Assembly (NCBI GenBank): GCA_023205875.1
Contig: CP060754.1
Coordinates: 682,001-746,000 of the forward strand
Reading direction: 5' to 3'
DNA from: Chloropicon primus
Taxonomy: Eukaryota
DNA length: 64,000 bases
A program made the position numbers and the translations under genes. Numbering within the stretch: the first letter of the stretch is position 1; every line of letters begins with the position of its first letter. The notes beneath the pieces were generated by a model, which worked only from the letters and a program-made list of their open reading frames with translations, was not told where the DNA came from and searched no databases. Shown here piece by piece: positions 10,656-21,211 of the stretch.

Positions 10656-10974
10656 AAAAATTTTGGAACAAGAATTGCATGAATTTTACCGTCCGTCGCG
10701 TCCCTCCCTCCCACGAGCAGCGAGGCAGCCACCGCAAGCTCTCGACAAGTTCTAGTTTCGTGTCTCTGGATGCCCAATCTCCATCAGTCCCAGTCCGTCG
10801 CCTTTGGCCGTCCGTTTCCAAGCCGCCCAAAGCGTTATCCTCCATCCATGAAAACTAAAACAAAACGCAAAACGCAAAACGCAGACCGAGAGGGGGAGCT
10901 TGAGGGGTTGTTGTCGACAACTGCGTGAAGCTCGAGAGGGGGATGGGGGAGTGCCGCCAGGGCTCTTAGTGGGG

Positions 10975-12594
10975 ATGGCTCCCAGGTCTAAGAGCGTCGT
11001 GCTGTGCGCAGATGTCGGTCGGACGCTCAGCGACGACCAGGTGCAGGAGGTGTTGCGCATAGCGAGAGCGATCTTGCTCAACCTGGTGTTGTACGGTGGG
11101 AAGAACGACTCGGTCTCCTTGGTTCTCTTCGGCGCGACGGAGACGCGGAATGCGTTGCACGAGGAGATGGTGGCCGACGGCCAGGAGGACCAGTACGTGG
11201 ACATCGTCGTGCTGCAAGATCTGACGGTAGTCGACAGCGACGTCCTCAGAGTTCTGAGCAGCGAGGAGGGTGGTCGTTGGTCAGGCGGGCGCAGCGACCA
11301 CTTGGACGTCCTCACGGTGGCTTACGACATTCTGTGCAAGGACAGTGTCAAGGCCAAGTCGTCGAAGATCGTCATGGTGTCCGACTTCAAGGGCGAAATC
11401 AAGGCGTTGGACGAGAACTTCGTGGGTGAGGTGGTCCGGGGGATCAAGGAGAAGGAGTGCGAGCTGGAGCTCGTCACGCTCTCTCCGATCACGCCGCATT
11501 CCCTGCATCCGGACGAGACAAAGAGCCTGGTGCTCCACCTCAGGGAAACGGTGGCGTCTCTGGACTGCGCCTCGGACGTGGAGGACTACGCGAGCTTGAG
11601 GGGAATGAAGACCACGAATCCGGCGACCACGAAGCACTCCTTCAGCATTGGGAGTCTCGAGATCCCCGTGAACGTGTACAAGAAGGTCAGGAAGGACACC
11701 ATGTCGGCAAACCTTCGAGTTTCCAACTATTACAAGGACGAGAAGGGTCAGGTCCGACCCTTGAAGAGGGAGACGGAGTACGCGAAGAAGGATGATCCCA
11801 GCGACGAGGTGGTGACGGGGAAGGTTCAGGCCTTTCCTTACGGCAAGGACTTGATACCCGTGGACGACTCCGCGCGGAATTACTTGACGCACCACGAAGA
11901 CAAGTCCTTTCGTTTGGTCGGGTTCCACGAGCGGGGGGAATTCCCTCGGCACTTGTTTTTGGGGGAGGCTTCCGTCGTTCTCGGGGAGGCGAAGAATCCT
12001 GGCTCCCAGCAGGCGGTGTCTGCTCTGGCGAGGGCGCTGGAGGAAGAGGACCAAGTGGGCGTGGTGAGGTGCGTGGCCAGATCCAACTCGGACCCCTACC
12101 TCGGGGCCTTGCTCCCGTGCGTGAGCCAGGAGAAGGACATACCAGACCACCTCGTGCTGTGCATGCTGCCCTTTGCGGAGGACATTCGAGAATACCAGTT
12201 CGCTTCCCTGAACGCGGCCGAGAAATGGATTCCCTCCGAGGAGGAGTTGAACCTCGCAGAAGACATCATCAGGGAGATGAGTCTGGTGGACGACAAGAGG
12301 GAAGACGGCGGGGCGATCGAGCGCGTCGTGCCGCACGAACTGGCGAATCCCAAGATACTGAACATGAACGAGTTCATCGCGGAGAAGCTGTCGGGGGTCA
12401 GCAGCAGCCACATGCACGGCTCCACGAAGGCGAACTACCTCAGAGTTCTCTCGGGTCCATCGGAGAGAATCCTGGCGCGGGCGGGACCCTCTCTGGCGAA
12501 GCTGGCGCAGATGGCGGACGCCACGAGGACGACGACGGCCAAGAAGGAGGAGAAGGTGAAGAAGGAGGAGGTCGAGATGAAGAAAGAAATTTAG
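10975..12594 (+). CDS. KU80: Ku80-like DNA end-binding protein (vWA + Ku core)
   Basis: SVVLCADVG, DSVSLVLFG..ETRN.L, AFPYGKDLIP, AVSALARALEE, LPFAEDIREYQF.SL, ANP. Confidence 0.85.
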   Translation: MAPRSKSVVLCADVGRTLSDDQVQEVLRIARAILLNLVLYGGKNDSVSLVLFGATETRNALHEEMVADGQEDQYVDIVVLQDLTVVDSDVLRVLSSEEGGRWSGGRSDHLDVLTVAYDILCKDSVKAKSSKIVMVSDFKGEIKALDENFVGEVVRGIKEKECELELVTLSPITPHSLHPDETKSLVLHLRETVASLDCASDVEDYASLRGMKTTNPATTKHSFSIGSLEIPVNVYKKVRKDTMSANLRVSNYYKDEKGQVRPLKRETEYAKKDDPSDEVVTGKVQAFPYGKDLIPVDDSARNYLTHHEDKSFRLVGFHERGEFPRHLFLGEASVVLGEAKNPGSQQAVSALARALEEEDQVGVVRCVARSNSDPYLGALLPCVSQEKDIPDHLVLCMLPFAEDIREYQFASLNAAEKWIPSEEELNLAEDIIREMSLVDDKREDGGAIERVVPHELANPKILNMNEFIAEKLSGVSSSHMHGSTKANYLRVLSGPSERILARAGPSLAKLAQMADATRTTTAKKEEKVKKEEVEMKKEI

Positions 12595-12633
12595 TAACAC
12601 GCGTGTATTTGAACCGTACTAAAAAAATTGCTT

Positions 12634-13323
12634 TTACTTTTTGCATCCCACGTCGATTCGGCTGTCCCCCTTCAAAGTGGGGTTGGCGCAGAGGTTCTTG
12701 ACGTCCTGGACCGAGATCAGCGCGTCCTCGAAGACCGCGTCCGTGACATCGGCCCCCTCCCAGTCGATTCCCGTGATCACGGCGTTGACGAAGTTCACCC
12801 CACGCAAGTTCGCGTTCTTGAACTCGACCCTGTCCAAAACGGAGTTCGTCAGATTCGCGCCCTCGAAGTTCGCCCCCACCGCGTACGCCTTGGACATGAC
12901 CACCTCGACCATGTTCGCCTTCGAGAAGTTGGCGTCGCTGATCAGGGCGCCGGGGAGCGATATGCCCTTCAAATCGGCCCCCTGAAGATCGCAGAACCTC
13001 AGGTCCAGCAGCTTGTCGGAGAGCCCGTTCGCCATGCCCAAGGTGTTCCCGACGTAAGCGCTCTCGCACCGCGTCGGGTCGCGGGTGTCCAGCGGCGGAA
13101 GCCTCGTCTCCGCGACGGCCTGGGGCGCGAAGGCCGAGGAAGTGACCGCGATCGCGGCGCAGGCCGCGCACGCGGACTCCTTCATCTTGCCGATGATGTC
13201 CGTCCTCCTCGACGTACCAGTACCAGTAGTCTCCTCCCTCCGCTCCGCCTGCCTCGCCACGCTCCTCCTCCCCGCCCCCACCCCTCCCTTCACGACACTC
13301 GCTCCCCTCGTCACCACCACCAT
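12634..13323 (-). CDS. Thylakoid lumen pentapeptide-repeat protein (TL17.4-like)
   Basis: Bipartite transit peptide ending AVA; RLPPLD..DP.RCE.AYVGNTLGMANG..DKLLDLRFC; pentapeptide repeats. Confidence 0.9.
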   Translation of the reverse strand: MVVVTRGASVVKGGVGAGRRSVARQAERREETTGTGTSRRTDIIGKMKESACAACAAIAVTSSAFAPQAVAETRLPPLDTRDPTRCESAYVGNTLGMANGLSDKLLDLRFCDLQGADLKGISLPGALISDANFSKANMVEVVMSKAYAVGANFEGANLTNSVLDRVEFKNANLRGVNFVNAVITGIDWEGADVTDAVFEDALISVQDVKNLCANPTLKGDSRIDVGCKK

Positions 13324-13592
13324 GCTGCCTCTCTCCTCGTGCCCCTCTCTCTCTCTCTCTCCTCGCACCCCCCTGCGCGCGCGACACCCACCGGGATGTT
13401 TACCCCTCTCTCTCCGCCACAAGCTTCGCTGACGTCCACGACCTCTTGACGGTCGAGGGATGGGATCGCCTGCAGGGAGGATCTGAAAAAAAAGTTTGGA
13501 TAAGGAAAGAGTCCTGTGTCGTCCAGTGAGCGGCGAGAGCTTCTGGGTTTGTTGTTGTTGGGACCTCGGCGTGCGTGTTTTCGAGAGGGAGG

Positions 13593-15320
13593 ATGACGGG
13601 CGGGGGAGGGAGAGTTTTATTGGGGAGGGGGAACGCCGCGGTTCCGCGCCGGGCGGGAAATGCCGTTCGAAGAAGGGCGGAGAGGGGACCGGGAGGGAGG
13701 ACCGGGGGGAGGAGCATCAATACGGTGTCCCTTGCCCGCCAGGGCCCGCGAGTGAGGTCGCTCGCGGAGGAGAGGTCGGAGGAGCCGATAAGCGGCGGGG
13801 ACGTGAGCGAATTCGGCGAGGAGCAGGACGTGGTCCTGGTCGGGGCGGGGATCACGGGACTCTGCGCTGCCCTGGCGCTCCGGGATGTTCACGGCGAGGA
13901 CGTGAAGAGCTTTCTGGTCACGGAGACGAGGGACGTCGTGGGGGGGAACGTGATCACCAAGGAGAAGGACGGGTACATCTGGGAGGAGGGCCCGAACAGC
14001 TTCCAGCCCAACGACTTCGTTCTCAAGGCGGCCCTCGACGCGGGCTGCGCGGACGAGCTCGTGTTCGGGGACCCCACGGCCTCCAGGTACGTCTTCTGGG
14101 AGGGCGAGCTGAGGAAGGTGCCCTCCGGGCCGGACGCGGTCACGAACAATCTGCTGAGCCTGTGGGGCAAGATTCGCGCCGGGCTCGGCGCCGTGGGCCT
14201 GCTCAAGGAGCCTGCCCCGGACACGGAGGAGACGGTCGAGCAGTTCATCAGGAGGAACCTCGGGGACGAGGTCTTCTACCGGCTCATCGAGCCGTTCTGC
14301 TCGGGCGTGTACGCCGGGGACCCTACGAAGCTCAGCATGAAGGCGGCCTTCGGCAAGATTTGGATCCTGGAGAAGAACGGCGGCTCGCTGGTGGGCGGGG
14401 CTTTGAACCTGATCAAGGAGAAGAAGGACAACCCCCCCCCGCCGAGGGACCCGAACCTCCCCAACCCCCCAAAGGGCCAGACGGTGGGGTCCTTCAGGAA
14501 GGGCCTCCAGACTCTGCCGAACGCGATCGGGGCGACCCTTGGCAACAAGGTCAGGCTGAGCTGGACGCTGAAGGACATCGACAGGGAGAGCGGCAAGTAC
14601 AAGCTCACGTACACCACCCCCGAGGGCCCCGTGTGCGTCCGCGCCAAGTCTGTCGTCTTCACCACCCCGTCCTACGTGGCCGCCCAGCTCCTGAGGAGGG
14701 AGATACCGGACGCGCACTCCCAGCTGAACAGTTTCTTCTACCCCCCGGTCGGGTCGGTCGTTCTTTCTTACCCCAAAACGGCCATTAGGGACGAGATGTA
14801 CGGTCCAGATGGAAGGATAAACGCGTTCGGGCAGCTCCACCCCCGCACTCAGGGAATCACGACATTGGGAACGATCTACAGCTCGAGCCTCTTCCCGGGA
14901 AGGTGCCCGGACGGCGAGTTCTTGCTGTCCAGTTACATTGGAGGAACCTTGAACCAAGGGATCCTGGACCAAACGGAGGAGGAGCTTGCGGCGCAGGTGG
15001 ACAAGGATTTGAGGACCATGCTCCTCAAGCCGAACGCTCCCAAGCCGAAGACGGTCGGTGTTCGAGTGTGGCAGAAGGCCATCCCCCAGTTCTACTTGGG
15101 CCACATGGAGGCTCTCGACGCGGCGAACGAGGCCGCTGTGGAGGCGGGCTACGAGGGGATGTTCCTCAGCGGCAACTACAACAGCGGCGTTGCTCTCGGA
15201 AAGTGCGTGGAAGGGGCCTACAAGGTCGCTGACGACGTGGCCGAGTACTGCAGGGAGCTGGCCTCCATGTCTGCGCCTGCCGCCCCAGCCTCAAGCGAGG
15301 AAGAGAGCTTTTTTGTCTGA
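13593..15320 (+). CDS. PPOX: Protoporphyrinogen oxidase (HemY type, plastid)
   Basis: VGAGITGL FAD motif, WEEGPNSFQP, EPFCSGVYAGDP, FGQLHPR, LGTIYSSSLFP. Confidence 0.95.
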   Translation: MTGGGGRVLLGRGNAAVPRRAGNAVRRRAERGPGGRTGGRSINTVSLARQGPRVRSLAEERSEEPISGGDVSEFGEEQDVVLVGAGITGLCAALALRDVHGEDVKSFLVTETRDVVGGNVITKEKDGYIWEEGPNSFQPNDFVLKAALDAGCADELVFGDPTASRYVFWEGELRKVPSGPDAVTNNLLSLWGKIRAGLGAVGLLKEPAPDTEETVEQFIRRNLGDEVFYRLIEPFCSGVYAGDPTKLSMKAAFGKIWILEKNGGSLVGGALNLIKEKKDNPPPPRDPNLPNPPKGQTVGSFRKGLQTLPNAIGATLGNKVRLSWTLKDIDRESGKYKLTYTTPEGPVCVRAKSVVFTTPSYVAAQLLRREIPDAHSQLNSFFYPPVGSVVLSYPKTAIRDEMYGPDGRINAFGQLHPRTQGITTLGTIYSSSLFPGRCPDGEFLLSSYIGGTLNQGILDQTEEELAAQVDKDLRTMLLKPNAPKPKTVGVRVWQKAIPQFYLGHMEALDAANEAAVEAGYEGMFLSGNYNSGVALGKCVEGAYKVADDVAEYCRELASMSAPAAPASSEEESFFV

Positions 15321-15376
15321 AAAAAATACAATACAACATATTATTAGGTTTGGGATCCTCCTTGAGAACGGGGCAT

Positions 15377-15994
15377 TCACCGCGCTCTCGACGCCGTTAG
15401 CGTCTCCTCCAGCGCACCGAGCTTTCTCTTCTTGTTCTCCAGCCGCAGCAGGACGCTTTTCAGGAGATGCTTTGACACCTCGATCTCCTGCCGAACACAA
15501 CAGAGTCGCGTGGCCTTGTCCACAGGAGTCTGCTCCACCACCTGCTTGTGCCGAGCGCTTACCGATGCGGGGGACCACGTCTTCAGCGCGACCTCGGCGC
15601 TCTTCACGCGATCGATCTCCCGGTACAGGGAGGCGTGCGACCGCACCTGGTGCTTCAGGTCGAGAGCCTCCTCGTGCAGAGTCCGGACCTCCCTCTCGAT
15701 GTCCTTTATCTGGTTTTCGATAAGGGTGACCCTTCGTTGCTCCGACCGCTGGCGAATCAGCTTGGTCCTCAAGAAGGCGTCCCGGTAACGCCCCTTCCAG
15801 CCACACTCTGGGTCCGGTTCGACGTCGAACCCATAGTGCAGCTTGTACAAACGCATCCAAAACCCATCCGTTATGTCGGTCGTTGCTACTTGATGAAACA
15901 ACTTGCAGGTGCAAGCGAGCGTCATAAGCTCCTGCGCTTCGAACCGCGACAGCACCTCGCACAGGACGCTCGTAGGCAGGTCTTCCAGCCTCAT
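15377..15994 (-). CDS. F-box protein with coiled-coil C-terminus
   Basis: N-terminal LEDLPTSVLCEVLSRF..QELMTLACTCKLF. Confidence 0.8.
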   Translation of the reverse strand: MRLEDLPTSVLCEVLSRFEAQELMTLACTCKLFHQVATTDITDGFWMRLYKLHYGFDVEPDPECGWKGRYRDAFLRTKLIRQRSEQRRVTLIENQIKDIEREVRTLHEEALDLKHQVRSHASLYREIDRVKSAEVALKTWSPASVSARHKQVVEQTPVDKATRLCCVRQEIEVSKHLLKSVLLRLENKKRKLGALEETLTASRAR

Positions 15995-16043
15995 CCTCCC
16001 CCCCCCTTCCCCTCACACCATCCCCTTTCCCTCCTCGCCCCCC

Positions 16044-16074
<31 letters not shown>

Positions 16075-16134
16075 CGTTGCCCTCCCACCCACTGTCAGGA
16101 GGAAGGACACGGAGGGGACGAGGAGGGAAAGGGG

Positions 16135-16833
16135 ATGGTGGAGAGAAGGCCTTACGATGGGGAGGTTTCTCTGACCGTGCTCCCACCCGAGAGGATCGAT
16201 GAGGCGGCGGCGCTGACAGCTGATGCGTTCTCGGGCAGGGATAATGTCTGGCGGGCGGTCTGCGGGGCGGGCACCCCTCAACCCCTCCAGCACCGTTTTC
16301 TGACCTGGCTCTTCAAACGCAATCTGTGGCTGCGGCGGAGCGATGGATGCAATCGAGCGGTCATGGTTGGCGGCGAGTTGGTCTGCAGCTTCATGCTCGT
16401 CCCCCCTTCCATGCAAGACATAAGCTTGTGGGCCATGCTCGTCGCCGGGATTCTGAAGCTCCCGTTCCTCTTCGGTCTCGCGCGGCTCAAGCGGCTCCTG
16501 AGAGCGAAGAGCCTGGAGGAAGGAGCCCTGAACGAATGGGGAAGCGCTTTCCGGGTGGAGCGGATGGTTGTCTCGCCAGCGATGCAAGGGAGAGGTATCG
16601 GAACCCGGGCGCTGCAGCTCGCCGTCGAGGAGGCGGATGCGGCCGGACAGGCGGTAGCCCTTTCGACAAACGAGGAGCGCAACGTGACTTTCTACTCGCG
16701 CCTCGGGTTCGAGGTTGCTCAATCCATGGCCAGGGAGATCGACGGGGAGTCGTATCACGTCTGGCACATGATCAGAAAGCCGAGCTCTGGGACGAGTGTG
16801 TGTATGTGTGAGAGTGTGTGTGTGTGTGTGTGA
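16135..16833 (+). CDS. GNAT-family N-acetyltransferase
   Basis: VVSPAMQGRGIG (motif A) and NVTFYSRLGF (motif B). Confidence 0.85.
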   Translation: MVERRPYDGEVSLTVLPPERIDEAAALTADAFSGRDNVWRAVCGAGTPQPLQHRFLTWLFKRNLWLRRSDGCNRAVMVGGELVCSFMLVPPSMQDISLWAMLVAGILKLPFLFGLARLKRLLRAKSLEEGALNEWGSAFRVERMVVSPAMQGRGIGTRALQLAVEEADAAGQAVALSTNEERNVTFYSRLGFEVAQSMAREIDGESYHVWHMIRKPSSGTSVCMCESVCVCV

Positions 16834-17037
16834 GTGTTGGTTAAAACCATTCTAAGACTTCAGCCATTCTTTATTTTGTGTCCATTGAAAAGACTTCGAT
16901 CCGTGTCTCCCAGTCTCGCAGGCCATTTCACATCGTCCCCAAGCCGTCCTCCTCCCTCCTCTCTCTCCTCGTTCCCTCAGGATCGCAAATGCCACAACCT
17001 TAAAGGTTGGTGGAGGGTGGTGGGAGCCCCGCCAGCC

Positions 17038-17075
17038 TGCCCGAGAGCGTTACGGGTGCCCGAGAGCGTTACGGG
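17038..17075. repeat. Perfect 19-bp tandem repeat just upstream of ATG 17087
   Basis: TGCCCGAGAGCGTTACGGG x2. Confidence 0.9.
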
Positions 17076-17086
17076 AGGTGGTGAAG

Positions 17087-18036
17087 ATGAAGCCCGCGGA
17101 CCTCTTCGCGGTGGTGATGCTGGCGTCGACGCTTGGGTCCGCGTGCGCGGTGGCCGGCAGCGAAGGGAACGAAACTGCGGCCGCGTTCAGGAGTTCTGCC
17201 GAGGAATCTGAGGCTTCCCAGTGCACGACGAGGAGAAACGTGTGTATCTTCGACTTCGATCGTAAGTGTCGCGGGCTTGGTAGTCTCCCTGCTTGCGGAC
17301 TGACTGACGGACGGACGCTCCTCTCCTCTCTTCGTCTCGTCTGTTCCTCGAAGATACCTTGAAGAACGGTTGCTGGTGAGTAGTCTGAGTCTCCAATCAC
17401 CTACGATCGATCTTTTGCTTGCTGACAAACGTTCTCACCACCTGCCATCTGCGCGTTGCAGCTACCACTGCTGCGGCGTGCTCCCCAGAGAAGCCGTGTC
17501 TGCTGTGAACGAGTGCACCGCCAAAGGTTTTGATATCGCGATCGCTTCGGCCAACCTCAACTACAATTTTGTTCGACAGTTCTTAAGGTACGCAGGGCCA
17601 GGGTTTTCCTTCGATCGATCACTGACGCCGTAGAACGCTCCCGCAGCGAAAACTTCCCGCCCGAGCTCACTGACAAGCTGTACACGGAGGCGGTGCAGAC
17701 GGGCCAGTCCTACAAAACAAAGTCTCTCACGGCCGTGCTGCGACACTACGAGCTTGAGTCGAACCCGGAGGTAAGTTCCGCCAAAGATGGACCCGCTAGA
17801 GGCTCCGACGGCCACGCATCGTGAAAGAAACGCCTTGGTTTGTGGAAGCTTTCGAGCCCCTGACTCCTATATACCTAAAGTGCGCAGTGTTTTTTGACGA
17901 TCTCTGGTCGAACAAGAAGTACGCGGACTCTGTCGGCATCCCCTTCGAGAAGGTGAACCCCGATTACGGAGTCTCCATGAGCAACGTTAAGACAGGGATT
18001 GGAAAGGCGAGAGAGAACTGTCGCTGTGGGGTCTGA
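17087..18036 (+). CDS. Secreted HAD-superfamily phosphatase (5 exons)
   Basis: Exons 17087-17261, 17354-17375, 17462-17587, 17647-17770 and 17881-18036 splice in frame. They give a signal peptide, CIFDFDHTL (motif I), IAIAS (II), K (III) and VFFDD (IV). Confidence 0.8.
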
Positions 18037-18175
18037 AGCGAGGTGACGACCACGAGAGCGCAGAGGAAGGGGGCGAGCTCGATGAAGATGAATTACATAA
18101 TAACAGGAGTAATCGGATCTCAAGCGAAAACAGCGTCGCTTCCTTCGAGACCCCGCACAGCCCTAGTGACTGCAG

Positions 18176-18767
18176 CTAGTTATCCCTTCCCCAGTACTTC
18201 TTGACTGGCTGACCAGCAACTTTCTGCTTGGTTTGCTGTGGCAGGAAATGGACCGTTCAAGACGTCAGAATCGTGTCGCAAGGGAGGGGGAAGGAAAGCG
18301 AGCAGGCGCAGTACTTACGAATTCGGTGACGCACGCCTGATAAATCACGTATGGCGTCAAAATCCCCGCGGTTCCGAGTATCGCAAGCGTCTTCGCGTTG
18401 AACCTGCAAAAAGAGTTTGCAAAGCCCGTCAGTCCTCTCTCTCTCTCTGCGCGCGCGCGTGCGTCCGCTCTTCCTTCGTTCGACCGCAAGGAGTCCCCGC
18501 CCAGCGCGGCGTCCCCACATCCACGGGTCCGCGACGGAACGAGCAGTCGAACCGCACAACAAACGACAAACTACAAACTCACCTGAAAGTAAGCTCCACG
18601 TTCTCCCTCTTGTGGGCCCAGTCTTCCACGTACGCGTTCGGCTTGACAGGGAGGTTCCCGACGTGCCTCTTCTGCAAGCTCACTTGCGCGGCCTCCTGTC
18701 TCACCGGTTGACTCAGCGACTTGCTCAGCGAGCGCAGGGTTCCCACCCACCTTCCAGCGGCGGCCAT
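18176..18767 (-). CDS. NDUFB4: Complex I subunit NDUFB4/B15 (2 introns)
   Basis: Spliced NAYVEDWAHKRENVELTFRFNAKTLAILGTAGILTPYVIYQACVTEF...AGQPVKKYW resembles plant B15. Confidence 0.75.
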
Positions 18768-19009
18768 CTTGTCTCTCTTTCTAGAAAAGCCCTCCTCTCT
18801 CTCACATTTAGAAGAAGGGAAAAGGAATCGATCGCAGGCCAAGGCCAAGGCCAAGGCCAAGGGGACGCGAGGAGGACTGACTGTGGACGAGGGGCAGGCC
18901 ATGGTACGGTGTCCAGGAGGAAAGGGGGACACGAACATGGTCGTGTGAGGTAGTCAAAGTGTGCGAAGGATTGGTCTGCTTGAGGACGTTCTAGTTTTGA
19001 GACAGTGAG

Positions 19010-21211
19010 ATGGGTCGGAAAAACGCGAGGAAGGTCCCTGGGTGGCTCGTCGTTGTTGCGTTCACTCAGCTCGCTCTGACGCTGTGGTTCGTGAGGTCGC
19101 TCGGCGGGGGTCAGGCGCAGCAGAATGAGGAGGTCCAGGTGCACCCCACGGTAGTCGAGGTGGTGGCGGACAAGCCCCTGGAGAAGCGGGAGAAGGCTGC
19201 CGAGGTGGAGGCACTCGATCAAGGCACTTTAGATCCGTTCATACTCTTTCCCAAGTCCAAGGGGATCCTCGAGACCAAGGAGACGCCCAAGTTCGACGAG
19301 GCGTTGCCTGACGGGGAGAGCGTGTTTTTCTCCGTCGTGATCGCGGCGTACAATCAGGGGAGCCTGCTGCAGGAGACCGTGGACAGCGTCTTCAAGCAAA
19401 CATTTCAGTTCTGGGAGCTCATCATAGTGGATGACGGTTCCTCTGACACGACTTGGGAGGTCGCCAACAGCATCGTGGGCCAGAACCAGGACAGAAGGAT
19501 CAAGGTGCTGAGGAAGGAGAACGGGGGGCTGTCCGATGCGAGGAATTACGGGATGAGGTTTGCCAGGGGCAACTGGCTCTGCATGCTGGATAGCGACGAC
19601 CTCCTGGGAAAGGAATACTTGTCCAAGGCCGCCACCTTGGCTTCGCAAGGGGCAGATATCGTGGTGGGGTGCATGGAGAACTTCGACGCGGTCTCCAGCG
19701 TGTGGTGCTTCCCCGAGGGTTACAGCATTGTCGGCCTGTCCCACTGGAACAAGTTTCACGCGTCCGTGCTGATGTCCAACCGCTTGGTCAAGAGCATAGG
19801 AGGGTACGACCAGAGCTTGCTTTGGGGGCTCGAGGACTGGAACTTCTGGCTGAGCGCGTCGAGGCACAGGCCGCGGGTCATGCACCTTCCCGAAATCACA
19901 TTCTACTACCGCCACCACCGAGGCTCCTCGATGAGGAAGGAGATGTTCAGGATCGCGCTGGAGGAGTCCAAGGCGATGGTCCGAAGCAATCACCCGGACC
20001 TGTTCGAGCCCTACCAGCTCCTCATGGACCACGAGGCGATCGGGAAAATGAGGCCCGAGTCCTTCGAGAGGCTCGAGAAGAAAATGGCCCAGTTCCCCAC
20101 GCTGGCCAAGCCCCACTTCTGGAAGGGGCTTTACTACAAGGCGCAGCAGAACCACGAGGGGACCATCCTGGAGCTCCAGACCGCCATCAAGCTGCTGGAG
20201 AAGAACGGGCTCCCCGAGGAGCAGGTCGACTGGCAGCCTTACTTCCACCTCGCCCTCACGTACGAGAAGATCGGGAATTACGCCGCGGCGTCGCAGGTGA
20301 TCGACAAAGCTTTTGCCAGGGGCTACTTTGACGAAATCATGGCCTGCAAGTACAGGCTTCAGAAGCGGTTGGAGGGGGAGGGTGTGGAGATGCCCGGGGG
20401 AGGCCTCGTCAAGTCCCTCCCCTCCTACTGGGACAAGGTGAAGATCAACAAGAACCCGGAGGTCGACAAGATCAACGAGGGCACCTTGGCGGGCAAGCTC
20501 AGGCAGGCGGCCGAGCTCAGGACGCGCCAGGAGACCGTTCACGAGGCTCTCGTGGAGGCCAAGTCGATTCTCGGTCACGCCCAGGACCTCCGGTGCGCCG
20601 AGAGGACCGCGAGGAAGACGCGGGTCAACTTCGTGATGAACGCCCACTTCGAGGAGGACGTCGGTCAGTCCTGGCTCACCTTCGAGAAGGGCTTCCGGAT
20701 CGCCCAGGTTCCGGATTGCCGTCCGGAGGGGAACCCGGGCAACTCCCTCGTGCTGGAGAACCTTTCCCTGGCCGAGAAGAGCGGGGGCAACCAGCTGGTC
20801 CAGCTCCACCAGTCCGAGCCGGCCCCGGTCCTGATCAGCGCCTGGTCGAGGCCGGACGGGGTCTCGGGAGGCAAGGACAGCGGCTACTCCCTGTACACGG
20901 ACATCACGTACTCGGACGGCACGAACGAGTGGGGCTTCATCCTCGCCTTCGACCCCTCGGACGCCAACTGGCAGCAGCGGCATGCCCTTCTGTCCCGCCC
21001 CAAGCCGATCGCCCAGCTCAACGTGTACTGCATGCTGAGGAACCACGAGGGCAGGGCGTACTTTGACGACATCGTGGTGGCGCCCCTGGCCGAGTTCGGC
21101 TGCGCCTGCACGTCCGGGGAGGTCTACATGCCCTCCCAGACCAGGAGCTGCCTGCCTTGCCCCGAGCGCAAAACGTGCGCGTACGGGTACCCCCTGACTG
21201 ACCAGGAGTAG
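19010..21211 (+). CDS. Type II membrane GT2 glycosyltransferase with TPR region and C-terminal carbohydrate-binding-like jelly roll
   Basis: N-terminal TM; SVVIAAYN, IIVDDGSSD, NGGLSDARN, LDSDD, EDWNFW; TPR-like PYFHLALTYEKIGNY; N..FE...AYFDDI ends typical of CBM folds. Confidence 0.8.
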   Translation: MGRKNARKVPGWLVVVAFTQLALTLWFVRSLGGGQAQQNEEVQVHPTVVEVVADKPLEKREKAAEVEALDQGTLDPFILFPKSKGILETKETPKFDEALPDGESVFFSVVIAAYNQGSLLQETVDSVFKQTFQFWELIIVDDGSSDTTWEVANSIVGQNQDRRIKVLRKENGGLSDARNYGMRFARGNWLCMLDSDDLLGKEYLSKAATLASQGADIVVGCMENFDAVSSVWCFPEGYSIVGLSHWNKFHASVLMSNRLVKSIGGYDQSLLWGLEDWNFWLSASRHRPRVMHLPEITFYYRHHRGSSMRKEMFRIALEESKAMVRSNHPDLFEPYQLLMDHEAIGKMRPESFERLEKKMAQFPTLAKPHFWKGLYYKAQQNHEGTILELQTAIKLLEKNGLPEEQVDWQPYFHLALTYEKIGNYAAASQVIDKAFARGYFDEIMACKYRLQKRLEGEGVEMPGGGLVKSLPSYWDKVKINKNPEVDKINEGTLAGKLRQAAELRTRQETVHEALVEAKSILGHAQDLRCAERTARKTRVNFVMNAHFEEDVGQSWLTFEKGFRIAQVPDCRPEGNPGNSLVLENLSLAEKSGGNQLVQLHQSEPAPVLISAWSRPDGVSGGKDSGYSLYTDITYSDGTNEWGFILAFDPSDANWQQRHALLSRPKPIAQLNVYCMLRNHEGRAYFDDIVVAPLAEFGCACTSGEVYMPSQTRSCLPCPERKTCAYGYPLTDQE

